Of a DNA stretch of 64,000 bases, positions 8,659-16,482 are shown piece after piece; the stretch's first letter is position 1, and every line of letters starts with the position of its first letter. Location: positions 65,474 through 129,473 of the forward strand of contig CAWJDE010000004.1 of the NCBI GenBank assembly GCA_963841545.1. The letters are read 5' to 3'. The position numbers were made by a program, and so were the translations under genes. A model generated the notes under the pieces. That model was not told the DNA's origin. It worked only from the letters and a program-made list of their open reading frames with translations, and made no database searches. This DNA comes from an uncultured Chloroflexia bacterium (GTDB lineage: Bacteria; Chloroflexota; Limnocylindria; Limnocylindrales; CSP1-4).

Positions 8659-11600
8659 GTGGCCGCGCGCACCAAGGATCCCCTCGCGCCGTTCGGGCCC
8701 GCCGTCCGGGCCTGGTTCGAGGCGACGTTCGAGGCGCCGACGCCGGCCCAGGCCCAGGGCTGGGCGGCGATCGCGAAGGGCCACCACACGCTGATCCACG
8801 CGCCGACCGGGAGCGGCAAGACGCTGGCGGCCTTCCTGTGGTGCCTGGACCGCCTGGTGGAGGACCCGCGCCCGGCGCCGACCCGCCAGGATCCGGGCAC
8901 CGTCCGCGTCCTCTACGTCAGTCCGCTCAAGGCGCTCACCTACGACGTCGAGCGCAACCTGCGGGCGCCCCTCGCCGGCATCGCCCTCGAGGCACGGCGG
9001 CTGGGCCACGAGCCGCCTCGCATCTCGATCGGCAGCCGCACCGGGGACACCCCGGCCGACGAGCGCCGCGACCTCGTCCGCCACCCGCCGGACATCCTGG
9101 TCACCACCCCGGAGAGCCTGTACCTGCTGCTGACCAGCCAGGCGCGGGAGATCCTGCGCGGCGTCGAGCACGTGATCGTGGACGAGGTCCACGCGATCGC
9201 GGGGACCAAGCGCGGGGCGCACCTCGCGCTCAGCCTCGAGCGCCTGGAGCGGCTCCGGGGCGGCGAAGCCGGGGGCGACGCGTCCTCGCTGCAGCGGATC
9301 GGTCTCAGCGCCACGCAGCGGCCGCTCGAGACCATCGCCCGGTTCCTCGGCGGCGTCGGCGATGATCGGGTGGTCGCCATCGTCGACGCCGGCACGCGCA
9401 AGCCCCTCGAGCTGCAGGTGGTGGTGCCGGTCGAGGACATGGCGCGCCTGGGCGAGGTCCTGCCGATGGACGAGCAGCCGGGCGGCCCGGTGGTCGGCGG
9501 CGAGCGGCGGACCAGCATCTGGCCGGCCATCCACCCACGGATCCTCGAGCTCATCCGCGAGCACCGCAGCACGATCGTGTTCACCAACAGCCGCCGCCTC
9601 GCCGAGCGCCTCGCGCAGCGCCTCAACGAGCTTGCCGGCGAAGACCTCGTGCGTGCCCATCACGGCAGCATCGCCAGGGAGCAGCGGCTCGAGATCGAGG
9701 AGGAGCTCAAGGCCGGCCGGCTGCCCGCGCTGGTCGCGACCAGCAGCCTCGAGCTCGGCATCGACATGGGTGCCGTCGACCTCGTCGTCCAGGTCGAGAG
9801 CCCGACCTCGGTCGCCCGCGGCCTCCAGCGGATCGGCCGGGCCGGCCACCACGTCGGCGAGCCGTCCAAGGGCGTGATCTTCCCCAAGTACCGCGGCGAC
9901 CTGCTCGAGACCGCGGTCGTGGTGAAGGGCATGCACGAGGGCTCGATCGAGCCCACCGTCCTGCCGCGCAACCCGCTCGACGTGCTTGCCCAGCAGCTGG
10001 TCGCGATGACCATCGGCGCGCGGTTCGGCGTGGACGAGCTGCTGACGCTGGTTCGCCGCGCCGCCCCGTTCGAGACGCTCACCCGCGAAGCCCTCGAGGG
10101 GGTGCTGGGCATGCTCGCCGGCGCCTATCCCTCGGACGAGTTCGCCGAGCTCAAGCCCCGGATCGTGTGGGACCGCCTGACCGACACGATCGAGGGCCGG
10201 CAGGATGCTCGCACGGTCGCCGTGACCAGCGGCGGCACGATCCCTGACCGCGGCCTGTTCCCGGTCTTCCTCGAGGGCGAGGCCGGCACCCCGGGCCGGC
10301 GCGTGGGCGAGCTGGACGAGGAGATGGTGTACGAGCTGCGGGCCGGCATGCACGGCGACGTGATCGTGCTCGGCGCCAGCTCCTGGCGGGTGGCCGAGAT
10401 CACGCCCCACCGCGTGTTCGTCACCCCGGCGCCGGGCGTGCCCGGCAAGCTGCCGTTCTGGAAGGGTGACACGGTGGGCCGGCCCGTCGACCTCGGGCGC
10501 CGGATCGGCGCCTTCGTGCGCGGGGTGGAGACGGACCTCGCCGCGGGTGCGAAGGGTCGGGCGAGGGCGGCCGAACGCCTGCGTGTCGAGCATGATCTCG
10601 ACGAGCTCGCCGCGGAGAACCTGCTCGCGTACCTCGAGGACGAGCAGACGGCGACCGGCGCCCTGCCGACCGATCGCCGGATCGTCATCGAGCGCTTCCG
10701 CGACGAGCTCGGCGACTGGCGGCTGGTGATCCTGACGCCGTTCGGCGGTCGCGTCCATGCGCCCTGGACGATGGCGCTCGAAGCCCGGCTCCAGGAGCGC
10801 CTGGGGCTCGAGGTCCAGACGATCTGGTCCGACGACGGGATTGCGATCCGGCTGCCCGAAGGCGACGCGACGCTCGAGGGCGTGGAGGAGCTCCTGTTCC
10901 CCGAGCCCGACGAGGTCGAGGACCTGGTCGTGGGGCGGGTGGGCCAGTCGAGCCTGTTCGCCAGCCGGTTCCGCGAGAATGCGAGCCGCGCCCTGCTCCT
11001 GCCACGCCGGCGGCCCGGCACCCGCACGCCGCTATGGCAGCAGCGCCAGCGCGCCGCGGACCTGTTGGCGGTGGCGTCGCGTTACGGGAGCTTCCCGATC
11101 CTCGTGGAGACGTACCGCGAGTGCCTCGCGGACGTGTTCGACCTGCCCGCGCTGCGCGAGGTGCTCGACGGCGTCCGGCGGCGCGAGGTGGCCGTGCACA
11201 GTGTCGAGACGGCGCGCGCGTCAGCCTTCGCGAGCTCGCTCCTGTTCGACTACATCGCCGCGTACATGTACGACGGCGACACGCCGATGGCCGAGCGGCG
11301 GGCCCAGGCGCTGACGCTCGATCGCGACCTGCTGCGCGAGCTGCTGGGCCAGGAGGAGCTGCGCGAGCTGCTCGATCCCGATGCGCTGGCCGACCTCGAG
11401 CTCAGCCTCCAGGCGCTGGCCGAGGAGCGCCACGCGCGGACCGCCGACCAGGTCCACGACCTGCTGCGGCGGCTGGGCGATCTCTCGCTGGACGAGGCGG
11501 GGGCGCGGACCGTCGGGGGACGGGTGGAGGCGTCGCTCCACCTGGCCGAGCTCGCGTCGTCGCGGCGCGCGGTCCGGGCGCGGATCGGCGGCGAGGACCG

Positions 11601-13431
11601 CTGGATCGCGATCGAGGATGTGGCCCGCTACCGGGACGGGGTGGGGGTCGCCGCTCCGCCGGGCGTGCCACAGGCATTTCTCGGGCCGGTGACCGGGGCG
11701 ATGGACGGGCTGCTGGCGCGGTTCGCGCGGACGCACGGGCCGTTCCTGGGCGTCGAGCCTGCCCGCCGGTGGGGACTGCCGGTGGGGGCCGTCGAGGACG
11801 CCTTGCACCGGCTGGTCGCCGGTGGGACGGTGCTCTCGGGCGAGTTCAGGCCGGGTGGCGCGGAGCGCGAGTACTGCGATCCCGAGGTGCTCCGGCTGCT
11901 CCGCCGGCGCTCGCTGGCGGTGCTCCGGCGCGAGGTGGAGCCGGTGGACCCGGTCACGCTCGCCCGGTTCCTGCCGGCCTGGCAGGGCGTCGCGGCCTCA
12001 CCGTCCATGGCCGGTTCCTCGTCCGTCGCCGGTTCTCCGCCGCGCTCCGGATCGCCGTCCGTCGCCGGTTCTCCGTCCATCGCCGGTTCTCCGTCCATCG
12101 CCGCGTCGTCGATCCTGCCGCTCCGCGGCCCCGCCGCCCTCGAGCGCCTGGCCGAGGTCGTCGACCAGCTCGCCGGCCTGCCCATCCCGGCGTCGGTCCT
12201 CGAGCGCGACGTCCTCCCGGCGCGGGTCGCGGGCTACCAGCCCCGGCTGCTGGACGAGCTGGGCGCGATGGGCGAGGTCGCCTGGGTGGGGCGCGGGAGC
12301 CTCGGCCGCGACGACGGGCGGGTGGTGCTGTACCGGCCGGGCCGCGAGCTGCTCAGGCCGGCAGGTCCGCCCGACGGGGTCGAGCGCCCGGCCGACGACC
12401 TGCACGAGCGGATCCGGGCGCACCTCCGGCGCCGTGGCGCCTCCTTCTACCGCGAGCTGTACGGCGCTGTCGGCGGGCGATCCGACCGCGAGGTGCTCGA
12501 CGCGCTGTGGGACCTCGTCTGGTCGGGCGAGGTCACGAACGACACGTTCGCACCCCTCCGCTCGCTGCGCTGGAAGCGGCCCGCGCGGGATCGACGGCCG
12601 CGGCCGGGGCGCCTGACCTCGCTCGGGCCACCCGAGGCGGCGGGCCGCTGGTCGCTGGTGGCAGAGGAGCTGCCCGACGAGGCGCCGGCCGTGACCCGGA
12701 CCGAGCGGCTCCACGCGCTCGCCCTCGCCCTGCTCGAGCGGCACGGCGTGGTCACCCGCGAGGCCGTCGCCGCCGAGCCGATCGACGGCGGGTTCTCGGC
12801 CGTGTACCCGGTGCTCCGGGCGATGGAGGAGGCGGGCAGGGTCCGGCGCGGCTACTTCGTGGACGGCCTGGGGGCTGCCCAGTTCGCCCTCCCGGGGGCC
12901 GTCGACCGGCTCAGGGCGCTCCGGGACCAGCCGGGCGAGACGGCCGGCGAATTGGGTCGCGTCGTGCGCCTCCTGGCGGCGGCGGACCCCGCCAACCCGT
13001 ACGGTGCGGCACTGCCATGGCCGCGTCGCGGGGCCGACGACCGGCGTCCGCTCCAGCGCGCCGCCGGCGCCTACGTCGCGCTCGTCGACGGCGAGGCGGT
13101 GCTGTACGTCGATCGCGGCGGCACCTCGCTCCAGGTCCTCCCCGCGGGCGACGATCGCGCGACCCTGGCGGCCGCGCTCGGCAGCCTCGCGGACCTCGTC
13201 GACGACGGCCGGGTGCGCGAGCTGGTGGTCTCGAAGGTCGACGGTGCACCGGTCGCCACGTCCCGGTTCCACGAGGCGCTCAAGGACGCCGGCTTCGTCC
13301 CCGGCTACCGTGGCTACCTGCTGCGTCCGGCGACGCCGGTGGACCGCGCCTACCCTCGCCCGACGCCCGTCCGCCCGACGCCCGTCCGGCAGACGCCCGT
13401 GCGGCAGACGCCCGTCCGGCCGGCCGGCTGA
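8659..13431 (+). CDS. lhr: Lhr-family ATP-dependent DNA helicase (large helicase-related protein). Alternative start is the ATG at 8587
   Basis: The N-terminus reads 'DPLAPFGPAVRAWFEATFEAPTPAQAQGWAAIAKGHHTLIHAPTGSGKTLAAF' with Walker A. DEVH and helicase-C motifs follow ('IVDEVHAIAGTKRG', 'RIGRAGH'), and the ORF is about 1590 aa. It is followed by a Fpg/Nei glycosylase gene, as in mycobacterial lhr–nei2. Confidence 0.85.
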   Translation: MAARTKDPLAPFGPAVRAWFEATFEAPTPAQAQGWAAIAKGHHTLIHAPTGSGKTLAAFLWCLDRLVEDPRPAPTRQDPGTVRVLYVSPLKALTYDVERNLRAPLAGIALEARRLGHEPPRISIGSRTGDTPADERRDLVRHPPDILVTTPESLYLLLTSQAREILRGVEHVIVDEVHAIAGTKRGAHLALSLERLERLRGGEAGGDASSLQRIGLSATQRPLETIARFLGGVGDDRVVAIVDAGTRKPLELQVVVPVEDMARLGEVLPMDEQPGGPVVGGERRTSIWPAIHPRILELIREHRSTIVFTNSRRLAERLAQRLNELAGEDLVRAHHGSIAREQRLEIEEELKAGRLPALVATSSLELGIDMGAVDLVVQVESPTSVARGLQRIGRAGHHVGEPSKGVIFPKYRGDLLETAVVVKGMHEGSIEPTVLPRNPLDVLAQQLVAMTIGARFGVDELLTLVRRAAPFETLTREALEGVLGMLAGAYPSDEFAELKPRIVWDRLTDTIEGRQDARTVAVTSGGTIPDRGLFPVFLEGEAGTPGRRVGELDEEMVYELRAGMHGDVIVLGASSWRVAEITPHRVFVTPAPGVPGKLPFWKGDTVGRPVDLGRRIGAFVRGVETDLAAGAKGRARAAERLRVEHDLDELAAENLLAYLEDEQTATGALPTDRRIVIERFRDELGDWRLVILTPFGGRVHAPWTMALEARLQERLGLEVQTIWSDDGIAIRLPEGDATLEGVEELLFPEPDEVEDLVVGRVGQSSLFASRFRENASRALLLPRRRPGTRTPLWQQRQRAADLLAVASRYGSFPILVETYRECLADVFDLPALREVLDGVRRREVAVHSVETARASAFASSLLFDYIAAYMYDGDTPMAERRAQALTLDRDLLRELLGQEELRELLDPDALADLELSLQALAEERHARTADQVHDLLRRLGDLSLDEAGARTVGGRVEASLHLAELASSRRAVRARIGGEDRWIAIEDVARYRDGVGVAAPPGVPQAFLGPVTGAMDGLLARFARTHGPFLGVEPARRWGLPVGAVEDALHRLVAGGTVLSGEFRPGGAEREYCDPEVLRLLRRRSLAVLRREVEPVDPVTLARFLPAWQGVAASPSMAGSSSVAGSPPRSGSPSVAGSPSIAGSPSIAASSILPLRGPAALERLAEVVDQLAGLPIPASVLERDVLPARVAGYQPRLLDELGAMGEVAWVGRGSLGRDDGRVVLYRPGRELLRPAGPPDGVERPADDLHERIRAHLRRRGASFYRELYGAVGGRSDREVLDALWDLVWSGEVTNDTFAPLRSLRWKRPARDRRPRPGRLTSLGPPEAAGRWSLVAEELPDEAPAVTRTERLHALALALLERHGVVTREAVAAEPIDGGFSAVYPVLRAMEEAGRVRRGYFVDGLGAAQFALPGAVDRLRALRDQPGETAGELGRVVRLLAAADPANPYGAALPWPRRGADDRRPLQRAAGAYVALVDGEAVLYVDRGGTSLQVLPAGDDRATLAAALGSLADLVDDGRVRELVVSKVDGAPVATSRFHEALKDAGFVPGYRGYLLRPATPVDRAYPRPTPVRPTPVRQTPVRQTPVRPAG

Positions 13432-13463
13432 CGCGATCGGCGACCCAGCCCGGAGCAGGACCG

Positions 13464-14282
13464 ATGCCCGAGGGCGACACGCTTGCCCGCACCGCCGCCG
13501 GGCTTCGGCCGTTCCTGGTCGGGCGTCGGGTCACCGCGGCGAGCGCGCCGGCGGCCTCCGCCCGACCACCGGGACCGCAGGCGGGCCGCCTGGTCGGCGC
13601 CATGGTCACCGCGGTCGAGGCGTCCGGCAAGAACCTGCTGATCCGGTTCGACAACGGGCTCGAGGTCCGGACGCACCTGCGGATGCACGGATCCTGGCAC
13701 CGCTACCGCCCGGGCGAGCGGTGGCGGCGCCCGGCGGCGCGGGCCCGGCTGGTCATCGAGGTGCCGGGGTCGGTGGCCGTGTGCTTCGATGCCCCGACCG
13801 TCGAGCTGTTCGAGCAGCGGGCCGAGCCCGCCCATCCATCCCTCTCCCGGCTCGGACCGGACCTGCTGAAGGACCCGTTCGATCTCGAGGCGGCGATCCG
13901 CCGGCTGCGGGACCCCGCTCGAGCCGACCGATCGATCGCCGAGGCGCTCCTGGACCAGGGGGCGCTCGCCGGGATCGGCAACGAGGTCAAGAGCGAGGTG
14001 CTCTGGGAGGCCCGCGTCTCCCCGTGGACGCCGGTTCGCGACATCGATGACGCGTCGCTCGAGCACGTCGTCGAGCGTGCGCGGGCGATGCTTCGTGCCG
14101 GGGCCGCCACCGGACGCCGGCCGCGCCGGATCTACCGTCGCGCGGGGCGCCCGTGTCCCCGCTGCACCAGCCTGGTCCGGGTCGAGCGCCAGGGCGCCGA
14201 CCTGCCACGCCTCACCTTCTGGTGCCCGGGCTGCCAGCCCGGGGAGCGGGACCGCCCGAGGGCTATGCTGGGTCGATCGTGA
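13464..14282 (+). CDS. nei: Fpg/Nei-family DNA glycosylase / AP lyase (Nei2-like)
   Basis: The N-terminus 'MPEGDT' has the catalytic Pro2/Glu3. A C-terminal zinc finger is present ('CPRCTSLVRV…FWCPGCQ'). The ATG lies 33 bp after the lhr stop. Confidence 0.85.
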   Translation: MPEGDTLARTAAGLRPFLVGRRVTAASAPAASARPPGPQAGRLVGAMVTAVEASGKNLLIRFDNGLEVRTHLRMHGSWHRYRPGERWRRPAARARLVIEVPGSVAVCFDAPTVELFEQRAEPAHPSLSRLGPDLLKDPFDLEAAIRRLRDPARADRSIAEALLDQGALAGIGNEVKSEVLWEARVSPWTPVRDIDDASLEHVVERARAMLRAGAATGRRPRRIYRRAGRPCPRCTSLVRVERQGADLPRLTFWCPGCQPGERDRPRAMLGRS

Positions 14283-15700
14283 CCACCCGGTCCGCGGTTT
14301 CCCGATCGCTCGCCCATCGCGCGCCTGCCCGCCCGTCGTTGGGCCTGCGCTCGATGGTCATCCTGGTGCCCGCGGGCGTGGTGCTCGTCCTCGAGCTGCT
14401 CAGCGACACGGTGCTCGACGAAGCGCTCCCGTTTCCATGGGACACCATCCTGGTCACCGTCGCGGTCCTGCTGATCGGCGCCGTCCTCGCGCGGCTGGTG
14501 TTCGCCCGGATCGACGCCCTCACCGGCGTCCTCCGCGCCCGCAACACCGAGCTCGAGGCGCGCGGCGCAGCGGCCCGCGCCCTCCACCGGGTGAGCGTCC
14601 AGATCGCCGCCCTCACCGACGTCGACCTCGTGCTCGAGGCCGTGGTCACCCATGCGCGCGAGCTGCTGGCGGCCGACGTCGCGGTGCTCCTCCTCGAGGA
14701 TGCCCAGGGCGGGCTCGAGGTCCGGGCCACGGCCGGCCGAACCGGGACCGCCGGGACCCGCGCCGTCCACGCCGCCGAGGCGTCCGTGGCGACGGGCGCG
14801 GACGCGATCCTCGCCTTCGTCGACCCGGCGACCGCGACCGTCCGCCTCTCGGCGCCCCTCCAGCGTGGCGGCCAGACCATCGGCCTGCTCGCGATCGGCG
14901 TCGCGACGCCGCGCGGCTTCGACGCCGACGAGATCGAGACGCTCGCCTCGCTGGCCAACCAGGCGACGATCGCGCTCGAGCATGCCCGGCTCGAGACGCG
15001 CCTCCGCGAGCTCGCGGTCATCGAGGAGCGCGAGCGGATCGCCCGCGAGCTGCACGACGGGATCGCCCAGGTCCTGGGCTACGTCAACACGAAGTCGCAG
15101 GCGGTCGACGGATTCCTCGCCCGGGGCCGGGTGGACGAGGCGCGCACGCAGGTGGCGGAGCTGGGCGCGGCGGCCCGCGCGGTGTACGTCGACGTGCGAG
15201 AGGCGATCCTCGGCCTGCGCAGCCCGCTGGAGCCCGGACAGGGGCTGGGCGCGGCGGTCGAGGCGCATGCCCGACGGGTCGCGCAGGCATCGCGGTTCAC
15301 CGTCGATTGCTCGATCCCGCCGGCGGCCCGCGACCTTCGGCTCGACGCCGAGACAGAGGCGCAGGTCTACCGCATCGTCCAGGAGGCGCTGACCAATGTC
15401 CGCAAGCACGCCGCGGCCGGCCGGGTGAGGGTCTCGATGACGATCGTCGACGGCCGGCTGGATCTCGCAGTCGACGACGACGGCCGCGGGCTCTCGGCCG
15501 CTGGAGCGCCGGCCGACGTGCCGCACTACGGCCTGCGCTCGATGCAGGAGCGGGCCGCCGCGGTGGGGGCGACGCTCGAGGTACGCGAGCGGCCGTCCGG
15601 CGGCGTGGGCGTCCGGCTGGCGCTGGATCTCGCCGGCCATGAGCGTCCGGCACGGGTCGGCGGGGCGGCCGATTCGCGAACCGGGACCGCGGGCGGCTGA
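14279..15700 (+). CDS. Membrane sensor histidine kinase with a GAF domain plus HisKA_3 and HATPase domains (NarL/DegS type). The GTG start overlaps the nei stop (GTGA); alternative start is the ATG at 14354
   Basis: TM segments are 'MVILVPAGVVLVLELL' and 'ILVTVAVLLIGAVLARLVF'. A GAF-like region is followed by the H-box 'ERERIARELHDGIAQVLGYV' and the ATPase motifs 'RIVQEALTNVRKHA' and 'DDGRG'. Confidence 0.8.
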   Translation: MTTRSAVSRSLAHRAPARPSLGLRSMVILVPAGVVLVLELLSDTVLDEALPFPWDTILVTVAVLLIGAVLARLVFARIDALTGVLRARNTELEARGAAARALHRVSVQIAALTDVDLVLEAVVTHARELLAADVAVLLLEDAQGGLEVRATAGRTGTAGTRAVHAAEASVATGADAILAFVDPATATVRLSAPLQRGGQTIGLLAIGVATPRGFDADEIETLASLANQATIALEHARLETRLRELAVIEERERIARELHDGIAQVLGYVNTKSQAVDGFLARGRVDEARTQVAELGAAARAVYVDVREAILGLRSPLEPGQGLGAAVEAHARRVAQASRFTVDCSIPPAARDLRLDAETEAQVYRIVQEALTNVRKHAAAGRVRVSMTIVDGRLDLAVDDDGRGLSAAGAPADVPHYGLRSMQERAAAVGATLEVRERPSGGVGVRLALDLAGHERPARVGGAADSRTGTAGG

Positions 15701-15701
15701 G

Positions 15702-16349
15702 GTGCGGGTCCTGCTGGCCGACGACCATGCGCTGTTCCGCGACGGCCTGGCCTCGCTGCTGGCGGCGTGGGGCCACGACGTCGTCGGCCAGGTCGCCGAC
15801 GGCGACGCCGCCGTGCTGAGCGCCCTGGAGCTCCGCCCTGACCTCGTGCTGATGGACGTCTCGATGCCGGGCAGCGGCGGGCTCGACGCCACGCGCCGGA
15901 TCGCCGGCCGGGCGCCGGGGCTGCCGATCGTGATGCTCACGGCGAGCGAGGACGTGGACGACCTGTTCGCCGCGCTCAAGGCCGGCGCCCGCGGCTACCT
16001 GCTCAAGAACCTCGAGTCGAGCGAGCTGCGGACGATGCTCGACGCCGTGGCGCGTGGCGAGGCGGCGATCACGCCGGCGATCGCAGCGCGCATCCTGGCC
16101 GAGCTCGCGCGCGTCGACCGACCGGCGGATGCGCCGATCCGCGGTCCGGACCACCTGACCGATCGGGAGCTGGACGTGCTCCGGCTGGTCGTCGACGGGC
16201 TGCGCAACAAGGAGATCGCTGCGGCGCTCGGCGTGTCCGAGAACACGGTGAAGTTCCACCTGCGCAACATCCTCGACAAGCTGCACGCGCAGAACCGGGC
16301 CGAGGTGGTGGCGCGGGCGATGCGCGAGGGCCTGCTCGCCGACCACTGA
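15702..16349 (+). CDS. NarL/LuxR-family response regulator
   Basis: The receiver domain reads 'VRVLLADDHALFRDGL…LVLMDVSMPG…' and a LuxR HTH 'LTDRELDVLRLVVDGLRNKEIAAALGVSENTVKFHLRNIL' follows. The GTG lies 1 bp after the kinase stop, giving 215 aa. Confidence 0.85.
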   Translation: MRVLLADDHALFRDGLASLLAAWGHDVVGQVADGDAAVLSALELRPDLVLMDVSMPGSGGLDATRRIAGRAPGLPIVMLTASEDVDDLFAALKAGARGYLLKNLESSELRTMLDAVARGEAAITPAIAARILAELARVDRPADAPIRGPDHLTDRELDVLRLVVDGLRNKEIAAALGVSENTVKFHLRNILDKLHAQNRAEVVARAMREGLLADH

Positions 16350-16412
16350 CGGCCGAGCCCAGCCGGCCCGGGCCATGCCGCCCGTGGCGCCCACCCGAAA
16401 GGATGGGGCGCC

Positions 16413-16430
16413 CGCCCGTCCGGACGGGCG
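16413..16430. promoter_or_regulatory. Perfect 18-bp palindrome CGCCCGTCCGGACGGGCG between the response-regulator stop and the Fe-S flavoprotein operon. It could be an operator or a terminator stem
   Basis: The two halves are exact reverse complements. The site lies 64 bp downstream of the response-regulator stop and 53 bp upstream of the ATG at 16483. Confidence 0.35.
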
Positions 16431-16482
16431 TGGTGCGCCGGGGCTCGCGGGCCGATGCTCGAACCGCCAGAAGGAGGCGGCG

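Noticed and set aside
15639-15701. ATG at 15639 as the response-regulator start, overlapping the kinase by 62 bp
   Set aside because: The GTG at 15702, 1 bp after the kinase stop, gives a canonical 215-aa NarL-type regulator beginning 'VRVLLADDH'. The upstream extension is Arg/Pro-rich.
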